Shown here piece after piece: positions 36,555 through 48,434 of a DNA stretch of 64,000 nt. How positions within the stretch are numbered: the stretch's first letter is position 1; each line of letters starts with the position of its first letter. A program made the translations under genes and the position numbers. This DNA is from Octopus bimaculoides (Eukaryota), in contig NC_068990.1 of the NCBI RefSeq assembly GCF_001194135.2, positions 43,632,224 through 43,696,223 on the forward strand, given 5' to 3'. The notes under the pieces were generated by a model. It was not told the DNA's origin and did not search any database. It was given only the letters and a program-made list of their open reading frames with translations.

Positions 36555-39500
36555 GTAACGTGTATATATGTATATATTTACATGCACATACGCACACTTA
36601 TATTTTATTGTCTTTGGAAAACTAATATTTATCTCTGCTTTCATTTGTCATTTGAGTATTTTTTGAAACTAACATAGCTTTGTTTTAATTTCTCTTTCTC
36701 TCTATGTTTTGTCAAGAATCTTTAAATTCTGCTCAAACATTTTAATTTACTTGTGCATGCATGTCTTTCGCACCAAAAACTTTGATTCTAAATTTAACGT
36801 TCCCCTTTTACAGACAAGTAAAATGAACCTTCCTATATTCCTAATCTAATTCCTGGTAAATAACCACGATGTCCTTAATGAGTTTCGTCTGTCGTTTGTT
36901 TAATTAGCTGGCGCTTTGCTGCTGATAAAAATCCGTTTACTATAATTTAGTTCGACCTGTTAGTGGTCAATTCTTCGTCCTTCAAGACAAAAAAAAAAGA
37001 TGAGAAAAGAAAAAAAGGAAGTACACATTGAAAACGTAAACCGAGATGCATAGGCTATGACTAGAAAAAGGATGGACATGGCCGGAATACTTTTGATCCG
37101 TAGGTCTGCTGAATCAGAAGCGACTTAGGTCTAAAAACAACAGCCTCTATAGTTCTTTGAAACCAGAATAATCCAAAGTATTTTGACGTTATGTTTTATT
37201 TGTGATATGTTGTAAAAAAAAAAAAAGAAAAAAGCTAACGAGTTATTTAAATTTGACAAATTCCCCCGTAGTGTTGGTTTTGTTTTGTTTTCTAAAATTA
37301 TACAATGAGGGTACAGAGAAACGATCTATTACGGACTCTAGAGAAGAGACAAAAAGGCGAATATCGATCCGGTACTGACTTGAACTCAGAAGTAAAGCAC
37401 CAAAAGAGATTTTGTTGTGCATCATTTTCCTAGTAGCTCTCAACTATCAACACAGCCATGAACCATAACCATCAGAAAAGCTTCTTCCTGGTTGCACAAC
37501 CTGCTAAAGATAGCAGCCGGATCTCTCTCAAACCAAACCTATCACGTCAAGAAAAGAAGACACTGGGCAATGTAATCTTAAATGTACGGAAAAAGACAAT
37601 ATCTTCGCTTGAATACCTATCATCATAGGTCTTTTCAGTCAGGAGAAGCTAAATAACAGCTATGATAAGTCTCTACCTGCAAAAAATAACAACCAAATCT
37701 CCTTCAAATTACGCCCTACGTCTTTTAAAAAAATGGACACGTTAGATTGTGTAGATGTAGACATTATGTCTGGAGAAAAAGAAAACAGAAAAGATAAGGT
37801 GGTCTTTGCTAAAAGGCCTTAGATGTTGGTCTGCTTGATGATTTCTGTCCTGAAGCTGAACCACAATCATAATTGTCGTAATAAATAATATATATCAAAA
37901 CTAAGGTCTCTAGATGATGAAATAGAAAGTTAGAATAGGTCCTAATAGTTGCATAAATAACTAATGATTTCTTAACTTTGGCACAGGGCCACATTCGGTA
38001 GAAGAAACATACAATCGATGCGTGTATGTGCGTATATTTATGTACACACAAACATGTATGTATGTATGTGGTCTAGCAGTTTTAATAATACAAGGCAAGC
38101 AAAACAATTTTTTTTTAATTCAGAAAGTTTAAGAAATCCTGAATTGTTAAATCTTACTCTCACACACACATGCGTGTATGTGTAAAGTGAAGGTTGTTTT
38201 TTTTTTCTGTGAATTAAGAACAGAAAATAATTAAATTAACCATTTCCGAGGGTTGAAAAAGTTGCTTATTCGATCTCTTGAATCATTTTGATATTTTTGT
38301 TTTTTTGAGTAAAATAATCGCTATGACATGTCCTTTTCATTCTAGTGAAACTCACTTCGTTCCCATTAATTTCATTGTCTTTAAATGCTGAAAATTTCTC
38401 TTGGAAATATATTGTTTTTGTCTTTTCTTTTAATCTGTCCTGTTTTCTCCAGGGAATATTTCTATTTCCTTTTAAGTGCGTCTATTAAAAATATACTCTC
38501 CACACGTTCTCTTAAAAATAATTACTTAGAAAAACATGGGCTGCTTCAGTTATTTTCTAATTTTGACATTCTGTGTAGTTATCATTTACTCTTAAGTGAA
38601 AACTTAATATATATTTATCTCTTTATTATTTTTTATTTTTATTTTGAAACCATCTAGAGATTTAAGGAATTTTATATATTTCTTTCGGTAATTATCAGCA
38701 AATGATAATAATAATAATAATAAAAATCATTTCAAATTTTGCCACAAGGGCAGCTATTGGGAGAGGGAAAATAGATATGTGTGCTGTGAGAGTTGTAAAG
38801 GTTGTCAAAGATATCAAAATGACAAACCACTACCACTACAATATATAAAAGGATAAACAAAACGTTGCGATGTTAGTATTTTATTGTAAATTAATAAAAA
38901 TGCTACATCTATCCGAACTGTTATTTGAAGAGACAACGGAAAATATGAAAACAGAAGCAAGCTTTATCAAATTTCATTACGTGCTTAATTTTCTTTCTAG
39001 AAAGATGTCGACGTCCGAATTTCTCTCTTTGCTGTTATTAATAATATTATTAACTTTTTCTGATATTTTGTAAAAGTTCATGTTTGATACTGCAAATATC
39101 TATACATATTTTTCGTCGTGAAAATTATCTTATTCTCAAATATAAGTTGCTTAAAATATAATTTTCTACGCGGATTGATGATGACAACAAAGTACTTGTA
39201 AAAATTAAAATGCTCAATCCACTGACGTTTGCAGTTCTAAAGCAATTACAGCATTTTATATTTAACAGAGATTCATTTTCGATTTGTTTCTATAACTTAC
39301 TATTTCTAAACTAGAAGAATGAACTAGAATCTCGAAGCTAAAGTTTAACATGTCGAGTATTAAAAAGTATAAAAAGGGGGGAAAAAATAGAGGGCAGTTT
39401 CTCTATCATATGCGAATAGCTAAGTAAAATGTTTTTGATAATTAGAAGCATAGGATGTTAAAGGAAACAAAGTAACAGAATAGTGTAAGTGTGTTGTTAT

Positions 39501-39988
39501 TGTTTAACCCCAGATCAACTTCGAGCAGGCTTATGATCAAGGCATTCCACAGAGACCATCTCGACATTTGGAGTGTTATCGAGGACTGTGTTATATATTT
39601 TTAAAGCAGTGTGATTTGGTTGCTGTTTCTAGCAAATACATTGACCACGTAAAGGGTTTTCTCGTTTCGAAATAATGTTTTGCTGATCAAATTGAGTAAA
39701 AGGTATTTGTGAAACAGTTGTTAGTAATGCAGTTTCTGTAGGGGAACAGCTGGGGAAAGTGACCTTAATATGTAGGAAAAGGATATATACGAATTCAGAT
39801 GCTGTGTGTGAATAGAGAGAGGGGAGGTTAGTATAATAAACAGGAGATACAGAACTCAATACATAAGTGTATGTTTATTTTCAAGAGCTGAGAGTTTCAT
39901 GCATGCCACTTAGCAAATTAGTTTGGTAAGAGCCCTGTATGAAACTATTGGTCTTTAAGTAATTTTTGCAACTTTCTGCCAGCTTATG

Positions 39989-40031
<43 letters not shown>

Positions 40032-40117
40032 TTAGATTCAGGTGAATATGGTACTTAAGTTTAGGCACCAGAATTAAGTATGGTATTATCCATACAGTTT
40101 CAAAATAAGATGATTAA

Positions 40118-40221
40118 AGTCAAAATAAGCAACAAGAATATCCAAAGTTAATGCAGTACGATCGTTTCATGCATGAAATGATCGTACTGCATTAACTTTG
40201 GATATCCTTGTTGCTTATTTT

Positions 40222-40225
<4 letters not shown>
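40118..40225. repeat. 108-bp near-perfect palindrome with no loop
   Basis: Arms of 54 bp with 2 mismatches, centred between 40171 and 40172. Each arm carries GAAA(C/T)-GATC-GTA. Confidence 0.95.
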
Positions 40226-40262
<37 letters not shown>

Positions 40263-40290
40263 CCAAATGTAGGGAATGGAGTAGGTAAAA

Positions 40291-40380
40291 TCCAGGCTAC
40301 ATATGTTTCCTAGCTAGCAGAGCCTCAGAAGTAGTAATTACTCAACAAGGGGTATTCAGCTCGCTACTCATCAGGCTAAA
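40291..40380 (-). ncRNA. Type I hammerhead-like motif (family shared with 56671-56737)
   Basis: Minus strand: TTTAGC-CTGATGA-G-TAGCGAG...CTAGCTA-G-GAAAC-ATAT-GTA-GCCTGGA. Confidence 0.65.
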
Positions 40381-40479
40381 GATACTTTAGTCAAATGAAG
40401 GTTACATTGTTGTCAAGGGATTCCATGTTAACTCATTTGATTGAAATTATGATATATGTATATACTAGCTGACATACCT

Positions 40480-41380
40480 GGTAATTCCCAGGAAAGCGGG
40501 GCTTATCCCTTGGTTCTGTTTCTCATAATAGTTTCACTAATCCAGTAACAACAGTACAAAGTATGTAGCCCTTAAAATGGTTTTTATGCATTTACAGAGA
40601 ATACTGAACTGTCTTACACAGGATCTTGTTTTTAGGAATTCCCAATAAGTTATGAATACCCAAATTGTGAAGACAGTTATGTAATAACATGAAATTAATT
40701 ACCCGATTGTAAGAATTCAAATAAAGTAGCCCCGAAAAGGGCTTTAATACGTTCGCAGAGTATATAGAACTTAGGAGGAAATACTAATAAGGTATGTATA
40801 CTAAAATCGTGAAGCATGTTACGTAATAACAGGCTATGAGATAGTAACAATTCAAAGTAAATAACTCTGAAAGGGGCTTTTGTGTGTTCCCAGAGAATAT
40901 TAGCCTCAGGGGCACTAGTGTTGGTATATTCAGGAATAAGTCACAAACCGAAATAAGTGGATCTATTATTTAGGAAAATACTATATACTTGTTTAAGCAT
41001 TGTACTATATAAATTACGAGTATAACTCAAATAGTTCAAATACTAAGAAATAGGCATATTCAATTTGATTTGTTCAAAATAATTTACAAACATGGATGGG
41101 TTATTTCCCTTGGCTATATAAAGATCCCTTTCAGGAGCAAATGGGTTATTTCCCTTGGGTGTTTAAAAATATTAGTTATATGTTGTAGATATAAGAATCC
41201 CTTCCAGGGGCCCTATTATCGGGTTTTTTTCAACAATCTAAGTATGTCACTAGGTTTCCAGACATGAGTTCTACTCACATGTTAAGTTTCATCAAAATCG
41301 ATAAAATAGTGTAGGAGGAGTTAGATAATGCCTCAGACAAACACCCACACAGATTTCCACATATGTAGTACATATTCATT
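40480..41380. mobile_element. Possible non-autonomous Helitron/Helentron-like element with about 150-bp internal degenerate repeats
   Basis: Starts TACTAGCTG after a TA tract; three diverged GTAA(C/G)AA..CAAA...CAGAG units; 3' GGAGGAGTTAG...CAGACAAACAC. The classification is from recalled pattern only. Confidence 0.3.
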
Positions 41381-41499
41381 CAGTCGATTCGAGAATGTCT
41401 TATCCTCATCAGGGATTAAAATATTCAAAAATTTCACTGGTTTAACCTACAACTCATTCAAAGGAAGTATGAACAGTATGTATGGGATTATATATTATA

Positions 41500-42410
41500 T
41501 AATATGGCATGTAAAAAGCACCATCCGATCGTGGTCAATGCCAGCTCCTCTAGCCCCTGTACCAGTGGCAAGTAAAAAGCACCCACTACACTCTCGGAGT
41601 GGTTGGCGTTAGGAAGAACATCCAGCTGTAGAAACACTGCCTGATGAGGATGATATGTTACATATATATTATACATATATATTTTGTAGATGAGATTGTT
41701 GCCAGTGTTCCTGGACTGGCTCTTGTGCGGGAGGCACATAAAATACACCATTTTGAGCGTGGCCGTTGCCAGTACCGCCTGACTGGCCTTTGTGCGGGTG
41801 ACACGTAAAAGCACCCACTATACACTCTGAGTAGTTGGCGTTAGGAAAGGCATCCAACTGTAGAAACTCTGCCAAATCAGATTGGAGCCTGGTGTTGCCA
41901 TCCGGTTTCACCAGTCCTCAGTCAAATCGTCGAACCCATGCTAGCATGGAAAGCGGACGTTAAACAATGATGATGATGATGTTACATATATATATTATAC
42001 ATATATATATTGTAGATATATATATATATATATATATATATANNNNNNNNNNNNNNNNNNNNNNNNNNNNNNNNNNNNNNNNNNNNNNNNNNNNNNNNNN
42101 NNNNNNNNNNNNNNNNNNNNNNNNNNNNNGGCACATAAAATACACCATTTTGAGCGTGGCCGTTGCCAGTACCGCCTGACTGGCCTTTGTGCGGGTGACA
42201 CGTAAAAGCACCCACTATACACTCTGAGTAGTTGGCGTTAGGAAAGGCATCCAACTGTAGAAACTCTGCCAAATCAGATTGGAGCCTGGTGTTGCCATCC
42301 GGTTTCACCAGTCCTCAGTCAAATCGTCGAACCCATGCTAGCATGGAAAGCGGACGTTAAACAATGATGATGATGATGTTACATATATATATTATACATA
42401 TATATAAATA
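41500..42410 (+). repeat. Head-to-tail array of family C retroposon units
   Basis: The junction GATGAT(GAT)ATG/GTTACATATATATTATACATATATA recurs at about 41650, 41975 and 42375. Confidence 0.75.
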
Positions 42411-42998
42411 TATGAAGCATTATTACTGTTAAAAGCAGTAATAATGAGGTGGCTAGCAAGACTTCTACCTAAACAGGTATAATATGAAATATTTGAATAA
42501 AAGAAGGGTAAAAATACTGCTTGCCAAATATGAAAGCGAAAGCTTCAAAAACCGCCAATACTACAGTAAATACACACAAGAGCAATGCAATGAATATTTT
42601 AAAAAATAGGCCTACCCTCAGGATGAAATTTGAAGGTAGCTTACTACATACCCCAATATCAATTGATTTCATACTGTGCATAAGAAAACATGCTTTGCAA
42701 TCATCAGTTGGAGACAGTATTCAACATATATTTCTATAATATTCATTATGTCAACTCATGTGCATTTCTAACTTTTAAACGTCCCACTCTGTTTAAAGAG
42801 AAAACTATCATAAACAATAAAAAAGTAAATATATGAGGCATTATTACTGTTAAAAACAGTAATAATGAGGTGGCTAGCAAAACTTCTACCTAAACAGGAT
42901 TAATATGAAATATTTGAATAAAAGAAGGATATATATAATATATGTATAATATATATATATTTGATATATATATCTAATATCTCTCTCTTTCTCTCTCT

Positions 42999-43037
<39 letters not shown>

Positions 43038-44147
43038 ATATAATGTTATGTATATAAATATTATATATCTATATGCATTATATATCCATGTAATATATAT
43101 ATATATATGTCCCCCGCTAAGTTACGGGGACGTAAACACACCACCATTGGTTGTCAAGCGATGTTGTGGGGACAAACACACAAACNNNNNNNNNNNNNNN
43201 NNNNNNNNNNNNNNNNNNNNNNNNNNNNNNNNNNNNNNNNNNNNNNNNNNNNNNNNNNNNNNNNNNNNNNNNNNNNNNNNNNNNNNNNNNNNNNNNNNNN
43301 NNNNNNNNNNNNNNNNNNNNNNNNNNNNNNNNNNNNNNNNNNNNNNNNNNNNNNNNNNNNNNNNNNNNNNNNNNNNNNNNNNNNNNNNNNNNNNNNNNNN
43401 NNNNNNNNNNNNNNNNNNNNNNNNNNNNNNNNNNNNNNNNNNNNNNNNNNNNNNNNNNNNGGCACATAAGATGTACCATCTTGAGCGTGACCATTGCCAG
43501 TACCACCTGACTGGACTTTGTAGGGTTTTCAAGCGAGATCATTGCCAGTGCCCCTGGACTGGCTCTTGTGCGGGTGGCACATAAAAGACACCATTTCGAG
43601 CGTGGCCGTTTTCGTGCGGGTGACACGTAAAAGCACCCACTACACTCTCTGAGTGGTTGGCGTTAGGAAGGGCATCCAGCTGTAGAAACTCTGCCAAATT
43701 AGATTGGAGCCTGGTGTTGCCATCCGGTTTCACCAGTCCTCAGTCAAATCGTCCAACCCATGCTAGCATGGAAAGCGGACGTTAAACGATGATGATGATA
43801 TACGATAAACGATATACTTTGGTAACTGTGGTGTAGCTGAGAAGCTAGTAAAGAGTCTAAACTTTATATATTCCAAATGTGGTGCAGTAGGAACAACTAT
43901 TAATTACTTAGGTTACTCTTTAATAAAGATTGATTCATTTAGAAATCTGTCACTTGGTTAACACCACCACCTGTTCTTGGGTGCATTTTGCAGAGTACGA
44001 TCTATTGTAAGTTTCTGAACCTCCTGCCTGTGTTGGAGGTTGTGATAAATGTCATAAGTCGAAGGTTTCTTTTGAAAGGGCTACATATAAAAAAATGATA
44101 CATGCCATTCACAGTATGAATGGCATGTATCATCTATTGTTTCCAAC

Positions 44148-44178
<31 letters not shown>

Positions 44179-47100
44179 GTTTAACGTCCGCTTTCCATGC
44201 TAGCATGGGTTGGGCGATTTGACTGAGGACTGGTGAACCAGATGGCTACACCAGGCTCCAATCTGATTTGACAGAGTTTCTACAGCTGGATGCCCTTCCT
44301 AACGCCAACCACTCAGAGTGTAGTGGGTGCTTTTACGTGTCACCGGCACGAAGGCCAGTCCGGTGGTACTGGCAACGGCCACGCTCAAAATGATGTATTT
44401 TATGTGCTACTTCCATTTATCAAGTGATATCTCTCAGCTGCATCTCCTTGGGTCAGGAGAAAGGTAATGCCAGTACATCTATGAGAATCAATCAAATGTA
44501 AGTATTACCAAGAAAGCTACACTCAAAAACTTTAATGGTAGCCACCCACCCCTAACTATTCCTAGGTCTGGTGGATGATTGAGTTTACCCACTCTTGTAG
44601 ACAGGTATTTTTCTTTTCGTCCTGCTAGTATGTCCATCCAGCTTCCAGTCAAGACCCAAGAGCAGCGTTTATTGTAGTTGCCAAGCACACCACCATGAAA
44701 CAAGTAGTACTGGCTTACATGATTACAATTAGTAGCTATTGTCTTTCTATCTGACCTGACACCATTCGTTACTATATAACTGTGAAAAATGGAATGAAAA
44801 GGTATGAGCTAAGTATAGTTCATTGAATCAGCAAAGCTAATTTATAACAGTGGTTGAACACAAGTGAATTTAAAGAGCAAATGGACATTAAAGATATTCA
44901 CACATGTATGCAGGTTGTGCTGTTCTTGATGTTGGTTGTGAAAATGTAAATGCACTGGTGTAAGACCTGGAGAAAGTTCTTAAAATAGATTCACTTATTT
45001 TGGACATAGAAGCAAGATGTGCATATAATTGTATTGATTTATAAACCATCCTGTTCATGTCAGCATGAAAAACAGGATGTTAAAATAATATTCTAATAGA
45101 GGCACAAGTTTTGACATTTTGGAGAGGGTAATGGAGTATTTTGTTAAAAGAATGACAAAAGCAATAATAAAATTTAAGGATTTGTGTCTCATCAGCTCAG
45201 TCATTGATGATATTAAGCAAACTTTGGTTCTTTGGATTTATTTGATATTTAGATGTATGAGGGGATATTTTTAATAAAATAAAACTTTTTGTATGACTCA
45301 GTTGGAGGAAGAAGGGCAGCTCTCATGATACTTTGCTAGGCCTCAGATTCTGGCGGCAGTAAGTTATCCTCAGTCTGGAGCGTTTGACTAAAATTCTTTT
45401 AACAGACTGTATTTTGCTAATGGCACCAGGGGGTCAAATTGTGAAAGTCAAACCTGCCTTTAGTAAACCATTAGTGGGTCAGAAAAATAAACGTTTGTTG
45501 ATAGTATTAAAACTTCCTCAGGCAGTCAGTTTTCACAAGATTACAGTTCTTTGATTTTCTATTGTGTCAAATTTCTCAATACCTGATTCTGAGACAAAAT
45601 CCTCATAATCATTTAGTGTCCATGTTCCCTACTGGTATAGGTTGGAAAGTTTTACAAGATCTGATGAGTCCAAGGATTGCATTGGCAATGTTTCTACAGC
45701 TGGATGCCCTTCCTCCAACCACTGTACAGTATGTACTGGGTGCTTTTTTTTTTTTTTTTTCATGCACTAACACTAATGAGGTTGCTATGCAGTTCGCAAG
45801 AGTACGAACCCCAAGGGAGGTGGAGAGGGGGGTCAACCTTATGCTGGGTGTTGAGGAGATACAGTGTGAGAGAGAGGTTTATGTAGAGCTGCATGGTTAC
45901 TCACATTTAGTAAGAGAGGGAAAGAATGGTCAGTAGGAGCTGTGAAGAGATAGATATTAGAGATGGAGTGTCTAGGTGGCCCCTCAAGGTAGAAGTAGAT
46001 GGGTTGCATTTGGTGCTATATTGTATAGAGAGCAAGAGATAAAGGAATAGGGGTGGGGGCAGCTTACAACTGTAAAAAGATTGGGTAATGTTTTATTATT
46101 CAGAAAAGATCAGAATAATACTAAAACATATCCAGAGTTATTCTCCATGGTTGGAAGTGAAAGGAAAGATATTGGAAATAAGAAGATAAGATGTTAGTAT
46201 GTTGTGAAATTAAATGGAGAGGGAATAACTCCTAGATGAGTGAGGTGGTTATTTAACCCCAGGCAAGCACTGTATGAACATATCCTATGATCATAGACAC
46301 TCCAGCAATGGCCAGTCTGTCTTTATTTTAAGCAATACGATATTGTCATTTTTTTTCTTTTTTAAGATATAATATGATTTGAGGGGAATCTGATTGCTAC
46401 TTCTTGCAGTTTAAGTAACCCCAGCTGTGACTTTGTCTCCCTACTACCATATTATCCAGTATTATCCTTCTTTTTTAAAACAGTACTGTTTGATTTGACT
46501 GTATTTACAGATATTTGGCTGCTGTTTCTAACATGTTAAAGTTTTTTTTATTTTTTAGAGCGATTCAGCTGTTATTTATAGTGTATGATTTGAGGAATAT
46601 TTGCCCCTCCTCAACTTTCTCAGTTACCTTTACTCTCCCCTCCCTCTACTCTGCCTCCGCCACTGACCTCCTTCCTGCACCTTCTCTCCCCACTCTGTGT
46701 TACTCTCTGTCATCAATTCCTAACTTACATACCTACTACAGCGCCCTCACATACCTACTACAATCCCTGTCCCCCCCCCCTCGAGCCTTTCCTATATTTC
46801 TCTCCATCATTTGCTACAGTCACCTCATCCTGTCCACTCACCCAGCCTAAGCCCCTATATCACCTCACCTATTCTCACCACTCCCAATATTCCTTGAGGG
46901 CATGCCCTGACACATCCCTGCCATCATCTCTCTCACTATCATTCCCTTTATCTTACTCGCTTAACTCACTCTCCTTTGTTTTCCAACTGCACAGAGCCAC
47001 ACTCTTTCAATACTGCTCACCTCCCACATCCCAGTTGAAGGGTTCTTGCAAGATAGTTGGTGATCCTGTCAGTGCTGGTGTCACTTAAAAAGCACTGGTG

Positions 47101-48207
47101 CTGGTGCCACATAAAAAGTATCATTTGAGTGTTGGGCTTCACAGGGGCAATGACAAATGACCAAGACCCTTAACAATTTGCCATGCTTGGGAAGATCCAT
47201 CAAGCCAGGTGAAATTGTAGTCATGGCAGATACTGGTGTCACACAACTGGCACCCATGCTGGTGGCATGTAAAAGACACCAATGCTGGTGCCACATAAAA
47301 AGCACCATTAGGAAGGGCATCCAGCCATAGAAACCAAGCCAAAACAGGCTATGGAACCTGGTGCAGCTCCTAGCCTTGCCAGCTCCTATCAAAGTGTCCA
47401 ACCCATGCCAGCATGGAAAATAGACATTAAATGATGGTGGTGATGATATTTGCATTGTGTGAACAACAGCATTGTTAGTAATTAAATTTTCAACAAGGGC
47501 AGGCATGGCTGTTGGAGTTGAGAAGTTTGCTTTCCAACCACATGGTTTCAGGTTCAGTTCTACTGCATTTCACCTTGAGCAAGCCTCTTGTACTATATCT
47601 CCAGGCCAACCAAATCTTTGTGAATGGATTTGGTAGATCAAAACTGAAAGAGGCCAATCATGTGTGTGTATATTTATGTGCATGTTTCTTTGTGTTTGTC
47701 CCCCATCACCACTTGCCAACCAAAGTGGGTGTGTTTACATTGCTGTAACTTAGCTGTTTAGCATAAGAAACTGATAGAATAAGTACCAGACTTTAAAAAG
47801 TAAGTACTAGGGTCAATTTGTTCAACTAAACCTTTCAGTACAGTGCCGCAGCATGGCTGCATTTCCAGTGGTGAGAGAGACAAGGAAGTATCACTGTAAC
47901 TTTGGCAGAATCAATTCTATGAGCTATTTTTGTTTGAAAAAACACCAGTTTATTGCTGTTCTCGCTGATATGTGTGTGTGCATATATCTTTCATCTGCTG
48001 TTTCTTGCAAGTCAAGTGACTGTACCACAGCTCTTTTGTGAAGCTATTGTATTTACTGGCACACAATGTAATGTAAACATGTAGGGTAAAAATGCAGACA
48101 TCATCACTATCTTTCCAAATTCTGCTGCATTTTACATAAAATTCTTGATCTGAAAATGTCAACTTGTATGCCAGAAAACTTGGCGTGTTGATGATAAGAG
48201 GTTAAAC

Positions 48208-48434
48208 CAGTGGTTCACAACTGGGGTCCATATAAGATTTTGTTGTTAAAATTTATTTGCAATAAATTGGTTAAACTTCTACAATGCACAAAATATTTTA
48301 ATTTTGTTTATACAGTTTCTAATAATATTTAATTATAAAAATATATAGTATGATTTTTTTAAAGCATCAAATAGGTCCATCTGAGTAAAATAGGAATTAA
48401 AACAGTCCATTAGTAAAAATGGTTGAGAAACATG
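48208..48434. mobile_element. Second, older copy of the hAT-like MITE
   Basis: CAGTGGTTCACAAC...GGTTGAGAAACATG, with internal GGGTCCATATAAGA shared with the 11979 copy. Confidence 0.6.

Noticed and set aside
39880-39960. GTTTCATGCA...TGTATGAAAC-TATTG-GTC possible further hammerhead half
   Set aside because: There is no intact CUGANGA and helix I is unconvincing. It may be a relic but cannot be supported.
42130-42407. Exact duplicate of 41734-42010 across a short gap
   Set aside because: Identical private variants on both sides of an N gap are typical of an unmerged contig overlap, so it is not counted as an independent insertion.
3540-43626. Long ORFs in the track made mostly of X
   Set aside because: They are artefacts of N gaps, which contain no stop codons.
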